From the UHGV virus genome UHGV-0099467: a DNA stretch of 23,343 bases. One strand, 5' to 3'. The notes beneath the pieces are model-generated. The model ran no database searches. It was not told where the DNA came from and was given only the letters and a program-made list of their open reading frames with translations. This document shows, in pieces, positions 1 to 7,966 of the stretch. Numbering within the stretch: the stretch's first letter is position 1; each line of letters starts with the position of its first letter. A program made the translations under genes and the position numbers. This DNA comes from a virus.

Positions 1-323
1 TCACTATTACCAAAAGTTAAGTCAGTTAGTGAATACTTATAAGATTTATCACCTTCATCTGATAACTTATTGAGCTGTAAACACCAGAAGAAACCTTCCA
101 AGTCAGCAGGAGTAGTTCCGACATGAGTAGGAACGTTATGAACCAGTCCCCCTAAATATTCATCTAAGTTTTTATTAGCTCTAATCTCTATGTACATGCC
201 ATAACCAATTACATCGGTATAAGCTGTGATTTGAGCTTTGAAAGGCATTGTCTTACCGCCAGCAATCTTGAAACTGCTTTTAGTCCCATCCCATGTCCAT
301 AGGTTCATTATCGGATATCTCAT
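1..323 (-). CDS. Hypothetical late protein, partial; C-terminus lies beyond the window start. Possibly a structural or tail protein.
   Basis: ATG at 323-321 overlaps the upstream gene's stop as ATGA. The reading frame stays open to position 1 (MRYPIMNLWTWDGTKSSFKIAGGK...). It sits in the late operon directly downstream of TerL and the 101-aa ORF. Confidence 0.5.
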   Translation of the reverse strand, partial: MRYPIMNLWTWDGTKSSFKIAGGKTMPFKAQITAYTDVIGYGMYIEIRANKNLDEYLGGLVHNVPTHVGTTPADLEGFFWCLQLNKLSDEGDKSYKYSLTDLTFGNS

Positions 324-625
324 AAAAACTCTCCTAATCCGTCTAAGTCGTCCTCGGCTCGCAATTCATCGAGCTTATGTTTATTAATTTCTTCTTTAAC
401 GTCAACGACAATACCGTGTTCTTTAGCAAGCGCCATGAGGATAGCTTTATCACCTTGAACAAATTTCTCTGTAACTGTTTCGTCAACTAGTGTCCTCTTC
501 TTGCCAGTGCTAGTATCTTTGTACTTATATTTTTTCGTAACCACCGTCACAGTCTTAGACAGTGCTCGCTCTAATAACTCTTCTTCTAATTTCTGTTTAA
601 CTGTTAATGGATTAACTTTTGGCAT
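320..625 (-). CDS. Hypothetical 101-aa charged protein encoded downstream of the large terminase.
   Basis: ORF in the six-frame track. Its start overlaps the TerL stop as TAATG, indicating translational coupling. No recognisable motif. Confidence 0.5.
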   Translation of the reverse strand: MPKVNPLTVKQKLEEELLERALSKTVTVVTKKYKYKDTSTGKKRTLVDETVTEKFVQGDKAILMALAKEHGIVVDVKEEINKHKLDELRAEDDLDGLGEFL

Positions 626-2268
626 TACAATAACTTCCCTTCTTCTGAAATAGCGATACCTTTCTCACGCATTGTGTTTAAATTTTCTTGACCGTATAGT
701 GCAAAGTCAGCTAAATTGCTTTCATATACATATACAGCATTTGTTAAAGCATCTGTTAAGTCGATTTTACCTTCTTTAGTGTCTTTCACCAAACGAATAG
801 CAGCAGTATCTTTTTGATTAGCTACTTTGGCATTAAGTAAGTGCACTTTCATTAAGTTTCCCACATAGAACATCTCTCCGCTTTGTAGTGATCGCTTAGT
901 TGATTGAATGGCACTAGACATTGTAAATGCGTTCTGTTTAACTTTCTCGACATCTGCATATAGTCCCAATTCCTCGAATTTTTCTAAGAAACGAGATGAA
1001 TAAGCGGGGTCGATAGCTAATTTGATTGTGTGCAATTCGTTTTCTTCTAATAAGTTAACCAACGTCTTAACACCCTCAATACTATCATTTCTCCCGCCTT
1101 CGTGATAATGTGTTTCCCCTAAGTGTCTATATGCATCTTCTTTTTCTTGCGGTCTAATAGCTATAGGAAGAGCATAGAAAGTCTGACCAACCATAGTTAA
1201 GAAAACAGAACCCCAAGTATCGCCAGTAATAGAGAAGTCAGATCCGAGGACACCATATAATCCCTTGAAGTCGAAGTTCATGAGTTGTGCTGCATCTACC
1301 TCTTGTGGTGAGAAGTATTTATTTACTCCGTTAGCATTCAAGTTAAAGCGTTTAGTAAGTGCAACAGCCATCTTACTTGGGTCAGCTTTAGCATCATCTA
1401 AGTCCTTTTGTATATCTTCTCGTTTAACTGCTACACCGATTGCTGGGTTTGCTTTTATCCACTTATCAGGTTGATGTACCTCTTCTATATCATCTAGCTC
1501 ATAAATGAATGACCATCTAGAAAAATCATCGTTATCTAAATAAGTTTCAAAAATTTTCATCTCATTGTCATAAGCTCCACCACGAATTAAGTTATTTGTA
1601 GTAGTAACAAGCAACAAGCCTTCATTCTTTGCCAAACCTTGTCGCAATGTGCCAAGTGGACTTTTTGCCATAGCCCCTAGCTCATCAACGACAACTAATT
1701 GTTCTCGTCCACCATCAAGTTTCTTTTCGTCAGCACCGCGGATAACAACGCTAGACCCACGTGTAGGAAGTTTAGACTTCATAGGGATAGCTACATTATC
1801 TTTGTTTATTTGGATAGCTTGTTTCGCTGCTACACCGCTTGTAAGAGATAACTGTAAGTGAGTAAACATTTCGGCTTCAGCAACTGCTTTAGATACCGCC
1901 ATAAACTTCATAGCCTGATTAGGACGCCCGCCGAGCAGTAAAGTTAACTCAGCTGCCATAGTACCAAAACCAGACTTGTAGTTAGAACGACCTACACCAG
2001 CGAATATTTCACGAATAGGGAAATCATAGCAAAACACAAGAGACAACGGCATCTTCATCCAGTCAAGTAATGGTGCATAATCTCCGTTAGGTAGTGGAAT
2101 TTGATTGGAACAATATTTCTCTATCTTCTTCCACTTTTCTAAGTTAAATGTTTTACCGAGTGGCGACTTATCAAACCTTTTTAGTTTAGCTAGTGTGCGT
2201 TTATTTTTAGCACTCAATGGAATGCTTTCGAACACTGCTATATTTGGATTGTTGTACTTCATTACCAC
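625..2268 (-). CDS. terL: Terminase large subunit (ATPase plus nuclease).
   Basis: 547 aa. It has an N-terminal ATPase region with a Walker-B-like LVVVDELGAM segment. The C-terminal region is RNaseH-like nuclease, with motifs such as GSDFSITGDTWGS and LAIDPAYSS. It lies immediately downstream of an HNH gene, as in cos-type phages. Confidence 0.85.
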   Translation of the reverse strand: MVMKYNNPNIAVFESIPLSAKNKRTLAKLKRFDKSPLGKTFNLEKWKKIEKYCSNQIPLPNGDYAPLLDWMKMPLSLVFCYDFPIREIFAGVGRSNYKSGFGTMAAELTLLLGGRPNQAMKFMAVSKAVAEAEMFTHLQLSLTSGVAAKQAIQINKDNVAIPMKSKLPTRGSSVVIRGADEKKLDGGREQLVVVDELGAMAKSPLGTLRQGLAKNEGLLLVTTTNNLIRGGAYDNEMKIFETYLDNDDFSRWSFIYELDDIEEVHQPDKWIKANPAIGVAVKREDIQKDLDDAKADPSKMAVALTKRFNLNANGVNKYFSPQEVDAAQLMNFDFKGLYGVLGSDFSITGDTWGSVFLTMVGQTFYALPIAIRPQEKEDAYRHLGETHYHEGGRNDSIEGVKTLVNLLEENELHTIKLAIDPAYSSRFLEKFEELGLYADVEKVKQNAFTMSSAIQSTKRSLQSGEMFYVGNLMKVHLLNAKVANQKDTAAIRLVKDTKEGKIDLTDALTNAVYVYESNLADFALYGQENLNTMREKGIAISEEGKLL

Positions 2269-2576
2269 CCTAAAACCTTTCTAACGTTATCTTCAGCGCT
2301 ATTTTTATCATCCTGTGCATTGTGACACGATTGGCACAACACTTGCAATGGCACCTCTAACAGATCATATATGCTATTAACTTCTACGGCATTCTCTTGT
2401 AACTCTTCGTTCCATTTCCATTGAATAGGATTGATGTGGTGAACTACTAAGTGTTTCATAGAACCGCATATTTGACATTGATGCTGTTCTTCTATAGCAC
2501 GCGCTCTGTATTTTCTCCATAATCTGCTATTGTTATATAATCCTCTATGTGTAATTAACATTTGAATACCTCCCAC
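2262..2576 (-). CDS. HNH endonuclease, terminase-associated.
   Basis: 104 aa with the CQICGS...HHINP...N...LCQSCHN arrangement (HNH motif with zinc-binding Cys pairs). It overlaps the terL start. The RBS GGGAGG lies 6 nt upstream of the ATG. Confidence 0.8.
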   Translation of the reverse strand: MGGIQMLITHRGLYNNSRLWRKYRARAIEEQHQCQICGSMKHLVVHHINPIQWKWNEELQENAVEVNSIYDLLEVPLQVLCQSCHNAQDDKNSAEDNVRKVLGW

Positions 2577-2649
2577 AGCTCATATAAGAGCCGTATAACC
2601 TTTCTAAAGTTCCCACTGGTATATTTACCCGCCAACGAATTAAACTATC

Positions 2650-3390
2650 TTAATTCTTCTCTTTTGGATTAGGGTATATAGCTCTAAATTCTGTATCCCA
2701 CATCTCAGTGTAAGGGAATTTGAGTGGATTGTGACCATCTTGACCCAAGTAAAACTTAAGTTCTCTATCAGTTTTAATCCAACGAGCATTAAAGCCGTCA
2801 CAAATGTAATGAGTTTTTTTGTTCAAGTTTTTGATAACGTACATATCTAAATTAACCTCTTTCTTTGGTTGTGGTTTTTCTGGTTTTGGTTGTTCTGTAT
2901 TTGGTTTATTCGCTTGTTTGGGTCGCACGATACAGCTAAAGCCGTTATATACTGACCATGAGTTTTTACCAGGCAATAATTTTACATAGCGTTGACCGTA
3001 ATAGTTTTGTTCTATTGTTGATACGTTATTATTAGCTACTGAGTATACAACACCTACGTGCCCTGTGGAAAGTCCCGGACGTGCTGAGATGAAGAAGATG
3101 TCACCAGGTTTCAATTGTGAGAAACTAGGATCATCAATCTTTTCGAACCCCATAGCAGCCCAGTCAGTTTGGTAAGCTACGTTCCATGCAGTAGCACAGT
3201 CTGAACCAGGAACCCATTGAGCAGTAATATCAGGTTTACCGTAAGCCATTTGGTATTTGTTATTAGTCAGGATAGAAAGCCAGTATGAAGCTAACTCTCC
3301 GCATTCGCCCCCATAGCCGTATCCAACGTGATAACCATAACCAATTACTTTACCGACCGTGGCTGCTTTAAATTGTTCTATATCCATCAT
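2650..3390 (-). CDS. Endolysin: N-terminal CHAP amidase/peptidase domain, Pro/Lys-rich linker and a C-terminal cell-wall-binding domain.
   Basis: 246 aa. The candidate catalytic Cys lies in GECGELASYW and the candidate His in STGHVGVVYSV, the CHAP signature. The linker is PKQANKPNTEQPKPEKPQPKKE. The start overlaps the holin stop as ATGA. Confidence 0.8.
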   Translation of the reverse strand: MMDIEQFKAATVGKVIGYGYHVGYGYGGECGELASYWLSILTNNKYQMAYGKPDITAQWVPGSDCATAWNVAYQTDWAAMGFEKIDDPSFSQLKPGDIFFISARPGLSTGHVGVVYSVANNNVSTIEQNYYGQRYVKLLPGKNSWSVYNGFSCIVRPKQANKPNTEQPKPEKPQPKKEVNLDMYVIKNLNKKTHYICDGFNARWIKTDRELKFYLGQDGHNPLKFPYTEMWDTEFRAIYPNPKEKN

Positions 3391-3713
3391 TTATTTTCCT
3401 TTCCCATTTTATCTTTGATGAATTTTACGAGATCTTTAAACCATGGATTAATTTGCTCAATAAGTTGGAATAGCCGAGCAATAAAGAATGCCAAAGCTGC
3501 ATTTAAAATCCAAGTCAGTTCTTTATCGTATGAACCAAACATGCCAAACCAGTAAAGCAGTTCAAGAATCCAGAATACTGCAATTGTGCTAAAGTCAATT
3601 ATTAGACGTCTATTAAGAGGTGGTGACATGTGTTCTCCATCTTTAACCCAAGTCATGTATAGAATGAGTAGAATCAAGACGGTTATTGCGATAAGTTGCG
3701 ATATTGTATTCAT
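3387..3713 (-). CDS. Holin, class I-like, with three predicted transmembrane segments.
   Basis: 108 aa with three hydrophobic stretches (ISQLIAITVLILLILYMTWV, IIDFSTIAVFWILELLYWFGMFG, LTWILNAALAFFIARLF) and a charged C-terminus. It lies immediately upstream of, and overlapping, the endolysin gene. Confidence 0.6.
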   Translation of the reverse strand: MNTISQLIAITVLILLILYMTWVKDGEHMSPPLNRRLIIDFSTIAVFWILELLYWFGMFGSYDKELTWILNAALAFFIARLFQLIEQINPWFKDLVKFIKDKMGKENK

Positions 3714-3727
3714 TTGTTGACTCTTTT

Positions 3728-6118
3728 CTAATTAAATCTAAGTGGATAGCCATTTTTACGCATAAGCCCTTTAAACTCATTCATAACGGCTTGTGGATTT
3801 TGTGCGCCATCAATTGTAACATTGAAGTCACCGTAAGTTGTTGCACCAGTAGTTTTGCTTGCCATTGTAGCGCCACGGAAAGAACCCATAGCACTATTTA
3901 AAGCATCCATAACACCAGAAGCCTTAGTAAAGTATTGAATGTCAGCTAAGCCTGCGAAGGGGTCAGGTTCATCTTCAATATCTGAACTTACATTGTAATC
4001 AACACTAACTTCTTGTTGTTCGTCAGCACTCTTAAAGATAGCGTTCCAAGCATCACCGATAGCTTTAGCAATACCCCTAATCGTGTCAAGGAAACCGGAT
4101 GCAATATTGACAAAGTTTTCTATACCTCTAAGCAAGATACCTAAAGCAGTTTCGAGAACTTTGTTATTAGCTACCCATTGTCCGATGGCTGTTATGATAT
4201 TGAATATAACGCCTATCACATTACCGATTACGTGAGCTATTTTGCTGAGAACTGGAACTAACATCTCCCAAATTCTTTTTAATCCGTCCACGATGTCAGA
4301 CAATCTCTTGCTAGCTTTGCTATTCTTGTCAGTTAGTCCAGCAGCTTCCATGAAGCCATTTACAAGAGCTTTGACGACATTAACTACACCTTCAATGATA
4401 GATCCGAGGAACTGAATAACTGAAGTTAACAAGCCACTCTTATCAATCCAAGAAAGTAATTGCACAGCACCTGAGATAAGCTGACCAACAAGGGTTCCAA
4501 GAAATTGAATGATAGGCTGAAGAGCAGCAGATAAAGTTCCAAGAACACCTTGCAACAAAGCAAAATCTTCGTTTACTTTTTCGGTTGCTCCTCCTGTTTC
4601 CCCAAGCCATCCAGCGCCTTCCATCAAAGCATTAACAAAAACATTGATTAAGCTTGTTATCTGTGTCAGAACGCCCATAAGTAAGTCCCACGCACCTTTT
4701 AGCAAGTCAGAGAATACCTGAACTTGTGCCATGTTAGGAATTAAGTTTCCTAGTGCAGTGAATAGATCGACTCCCATTATCCTAGCTATGTCACTTGCGG
4801 AAAAACTAAGTCCCTCAAAACCTTCCTGTAATTGAGCTACAAAGGGGCTAACAGCTTGCCATGCCCCCCCTAAGAATGCAGCAGCAGCTTCTCCTATTTG
4901 TGTCGTAAAATCAGACATATTGTTAGACATATCACTGAGCGTGAAACCTAGAGAACCAAATTCTTTTTTCATGCTTTCTATGAATGACATGTCAAGAGAT
5001 TTCATTGAGTTCTCGAATGCATCACCGAATGTTTGTACGTCTTGACCAGCACCTTTGAAGTCAGCACCTAAGCTCTCAATTGCTTTGCGGTATAAATCAG
5101 CACTTACTTCACCATTGTTAACTTTTTCTTTGAAGTTATCCATAGTGATACCGGCATCATTATGCGCTGCTATCCATTTCTTGATAGGACCTGCAGCACC
5201 CGAGTCTATCAACTGGTTGTAATCCTGTGCCATAAGCTTACCAGCAGAGAATATTTGAGATGATACTAGACCAAAGTTCTCTATTTTATCCTTAGACATA
5301 CCGAAAGCAGTACCTATATCAAGAATGTTAGTAGACATCTTAAATGCTTCTTTACCACTCAAGTTAAGAGAAGATGATAGATTTTTAGCTATATCAGTTA
5401 ATGAACCCATATCAGCTAAACCGGCAGAACCAAGTTTTTTAATCTCTCCTTGGAACTCATTTGCACCTTTAGCGCCGTCAGACAATGAGTTAGTCATAGC
5501 ACGATTACCACGAGTTATTTCATCGTAAGTACCCATAGCAGACTTACCAAGTAAACCCAAACCAGCAGCCGCTGTGCCGGATATTTTAGCGAGCGTTCCT
5601 ATGCCAAATTGTGCTGCTTTAGCTATCCCGTTGAAACCGGTTTTAATAACTGTAGCAGAACCACTAGCAACCGCGCTTAATCCTTTAAATGAAGCACTGA
5701 GAGCTTTAACAGGTTTAGAGTTCATGGCAGCATCTTTAGCAGCTTTTAATCTAGCAAACCCTGTAGCGCCACCACCAGCACTTTTATTCATAGCATCCAT
5801 CTCTCTACGCAATGCAGCAGCTTGTGTTTTAGCGTTACGTAAATCAGCTTCAGTTTTGTTAATGCCTTTAATGTTACCTTTAGCTTCCATAGCTTCAAGG
5901 TCGGCGGTTAACTTTTTAACTTTTTCGTCAGCTAAACTAATAGCTTGTGCCATGTCTTGCATAGCTTTTTTCTTGTCCGACTTCTTGCCAGACTTTTCAA
6001 ACTCTTTGTTAAACTCTCTAGCGGACCTAGTGAGTGAGTTCATCTGTTGATTGATACCTCTGATACCCGAACTTAAAGCACGGTTATTTAACTCGGTGTC
6101 AATAACATATTTTGCCAT
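3728..6118 (-). CDS. Tail tape measure protein.
   Basis: 796 aa, rich in Ala/Gly/Leu. It has an N-terminal coiled-coil and hydrophobic central segments. It sits directly after the gpG/gpGT chaperone pair and the major tail protein. A strong RBS (AGGAGG) precedes the ATG at 6118. Confidence 0.8.
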   Translation of the reverse strand: MAKYVIDTELNNRALSSGIRGINQQMNSLTRSAREFNKEFEKSGKKSDKKKAMQDMAQAISLADEKVKKLTADLEAMEAKGNIKGINKTEADLRNAKTQAAALRREMDAMNKSAGGGATGFARLKAAKDAAMNSKPVKALSASFKGLSAVASGSATVIKTGFNGIAKAAQFGIGTLAKISGTAAAGLGLLGKSAMGTYDEITRGNRAMTNSLSDGAKGANEFQGEIKKLGSAGLADMGSLTDIAKNLSSSLNLSGKEAFKMSTNILDIGTAFGMSKDKIENFGLVSSQIFSAGKLMAQDYNQLIDSGAAGPIKKWIAAHNDAGITMDNFKEKVNNGEVSADLYRKAIESLGADFKGAGQDVQTFGDAFENSMKSLDMSFIESMKKEFGSLGFTLSDMSNNMSDFTTQIGEAAAAFLGGAWQAVSPFVAQLQEGFEGLSFSASDIARIMGVDLFTALGNLIPNMAQVQVFSDLLKGAWDLLMGVLTQITSLINVFVNALMEGAGWLGETGGATEKVNEDFALLQGVLGTLSAALQPIIQFLGTLVGQLISGAVQLLSWIDKSGLLTSVIQFLGSIIEGVVNVVKALVNGFMEAAGLTDKNSKASKRLSDIVDGLKRIWEMLVPVLSKIAHVIGNVIGVIFNIITAIGQWVANNKVLETALGILLRGIENFVNIASGFLDTIRGIAKAIGDAWNAIFKSADEQQEVSVDYNVSSDIEDEPDPFAGLADIQYFTKASGVMDALNSAMGSFRGATMASKTTGATTYGDFNVTIDGAQNPQAVMNEFKGLMRKNGYPLRFN

Positions 6119-6122
6119 GTGG

Positions 6123-6305
6123 TCAACCTCCTATTAATTGATAAGCTTCTTCAATAGCAAGCCAATCCCATTCTTCACGAGGTATGGACAAAGAAGAAAG
6201 CCCCCTAATCAGTACTAGGGATTGAGATTCTAGTAAGTTAGAAGGCTGTTCATTCTTTTTGCTATCTTTATCAGGTTTAGGAAACTTGACCTCACTTATT
6301 TTTTT
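6123..6305 (-). CDS. gpT-like extension of the tail assembly chaperone, reached by a programmed -1 frameshift from the 79-aa gpG-like ORF.
   Basis: The minus-strand slippery heptamer A_AAA_AAA (plus coordinates 6305-6299) sits in the zero frame immediately before the gpG stop codon (6298-6296). The -1 frame is open for about 57 codons (ISEVKFPKPDKDSKKNEQ...AYQLIGG) and stops at 6125-6123, three nt before the tape-measure ATG. Confidence 0.55.
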   Translation of the reverse strand, partial: KKISEVKFPKPDKDSKKNEQPSNLLESQSLVLIRGLSSLSIPREEWDWLAIEEAYQLIGG

Positions 6306-6535
6306 AAAGCTTTTTGCATAACCTCTAAACCTTCCAAGTATAGCCCAGTTTCATACATTGATTGAAATTCTTCCGATTCAATAAAGTTATTGAAGTTCTC
6401 CCATGTAGTTGGTTCTACCATGGCAGCGACGATATAAGGTAAGTTTGCCATTTCTTTTGCATCTAATAGCAACTCGCTTCCCATTTTACGTTTATAGTTG
6501 ATTGTGCTTCCTGCTGTAAATCGAAGTTTTGTCAT
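6296..6535 (-). CDS. Tail assembly chaperone (gpG-like).
   Basis: 79 aa, located between the major tail protein and the tape measure. RBS AGAGG. It ends in a slippery A-run. Confidence 0.6.
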   Translation of the reverse strand: MTKLRFTAGSTINYKRKMGSELLLDAKEMANLPYIVAAMVEPTTWENFNNFIESEEFQSMYETGLYLEGLEVMQKALKK

Positions 6536-6558
6536 ATTGTTTCCTCTTTCCTATTTAA

Positions 6559-7170
6559 TTAAGCTCCTAGTTTTGTGTCAGTTGGTAAAACGATAGTTCC
6601 ATCTGTGTACATTTTATTCAATGCCCAAAGGTTTTCATCTGATGGATCGTTAGGGTCAACGTCGAACTGGAAGAAGTCTGTTTTAGCTGGGTCAAACTGA
6701 TTGACTGCACAAGTGATTTTGTTTTCGGTTGCTGTTAAGCTATCTTCATCTGCTGCACGTTCCACAGAAGCTGGGGAAGCTGTTAGAGCGTAGTAGATAT
6801 TGATGCGGATGATCTCTTTTCCTGCTACATTTTTCCATTCACCAAATGCGATAGCGAATTGTTTGAATGCTTTAGGATCGTTAGCAAGACCGAATCCTAG
6901 CTTCTTTTTACCAAGAGCGTGAGTTTTCATTGCTTCTGGATATTCAAGAGCTGTGATTTCTGTTTCACGTGTTACAGTACCCTGTTGAGTAAAGAAGGCT
7001 ACTCCCTCCATATCTGCCCAGATGTTTGTAGATTCTGCACTAGGGTCCTCTGACTGAGCTGTAAGACCTTTAACTTCTACAGCTGAACCATGCGTGCCGT
7101 TATTCAATGGGAAGAATAAACCTCGACCAATACCATGTGTAAACACTTTTTCTGTTGTTGTAATTGCCAT
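6559..7170 (-). CDS. Major tail protein.
   Basis: 203 aa, in the canonical position upstream of the chaperone and tape-measure genes. Size and composition fit siphovirus major tail proteins. RBS AAAGG. Confidence 0.65.
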   Translation of the reverse strand: MAITTTEKVFTHGIGRGLFFPLNNGTHGSAVEVKGLTAQSEDPSAESTNIWADMEGVAFFTQQGTVTRETEITALEYPEAMKTHALGKKKLGFGLANDPKAFKQFAIAFGEWKNVAGKEIIRINIYYALTASPASVERAADEDSLTATENKITCAVNQFDPAKTDFFQFDVDPNDPSDENLWALNKMYTDGTIVLPTDTKLGA

Positions 7171-7183
7171 TTATTTGCCTTTC

Positions 7184-7951
7184 TTATTTTGCTGCTGCTG
7201 TCTTGATAATTGCACTAGCATGTTTAAAAGTTTCAATCCCTGCAATGTTGCCAGATAAGCGATAAGTCACCAAGTTACCTTCTGCATGTTCTTCGATTGT
7301 CAACTCAGGTTCTTCTAACTTAGTTACTGCCATAGCTTGTGTTGTTGTAACGATACCTTTAATATCTTGTAAACCTGACACATTACCATCAATTAGCCAA
7401 CGTGGCATAGAAATAATAGCATCAGGATACAAGTCAGTCAATTCCTTTACTTCAGCCGTTGTGGCATTTTTTGGATTAACCAAGATATAAGGTTGTCCTA
7501 CTTTATTAAGCAAAGCATAGCCTTTAACAAAGCTGTCAGACTCAACCACATTATTAAGCTTAGCGACATTATAGTCATACCAAGGTGAACGGATTGACAT
7601 TTCACTAGGATCAGTCACATCAGTACCACCAGCAAAGCGAGCAAACTCTAAACCTTGCAAGTATTGTTGTTCTAGCTCAGTAATCAAACCAGCATCGCCG
7701 TACATTGTCATAATTTTGGGAACTGTTCGAATAGCTTCTAAAATTCCATTACGTACAACTCGCTTATTTTCTGTGATATCAGGTTCTTGTGATTGACCGC
7801 TAAACAAACCATGCCCAACGAAAGCAGCGATATTTTCATTGTTATCATTTGCTACGTTAATCGGTTTATCATCATTGAGAACAGTGAACAAAGAAGCAAC
7901 ACGTGCAGCTAGAGAGTTCTCAACTACTTTTTGATTATTAAAAATTGTCAT
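7184..7951 (-). CDS. Structural protein of unknown role, possibly a head-tail joining, decoration or minor capsid protein.
   Basis: 255 aa, placed between the capsid and major tail genes. RBS AGAAGG. No recognisable motif. Confidence 0.4.
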   Translation of the reverse strand: MTIFNNQKVVENSLAARVASLFTVLNDDKPINVANDNNENIAAFVGHGLFSGQSQEPDITENKRVVRNGILEAIRTVPKIMTMYGDAGLITELEQQYLQGLEFARFAGGTDVTDPSEMSIRSPWYDYNVAKLNNVVESDSFVKGYALLNKVGQPYILVNPKNATTAEVKELTDLYPDAIISMPRWLIDGNVSGLQDIKGIVTTTQAMAVTKLEEPELTIEEHAEGNLVTYRLSGNIAGIETFKHASAIIKTAAAK

Positions 7952-7966
7952 GTTGCCTTCTTTCTA

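Noticed and set aside
1265-1861. Plus-strand ORFs 1265-1474 and 1649-1861 inside the terL region.
   Set aside because: They are antisense to a well-supported terminase gene, have no RBS and have low-complexity Ser/Ala composition. They are shadow ORFs.
5325-6050. Plus-strand ORFs 5325-5528 and 5574-6050 (158 aa, Ala/Leu-rich).
   Set aside because: They are antisense to the tape measure gene. Their composition mirrors the Ala/Gly-rich tape measure codons, and no RBS is present.
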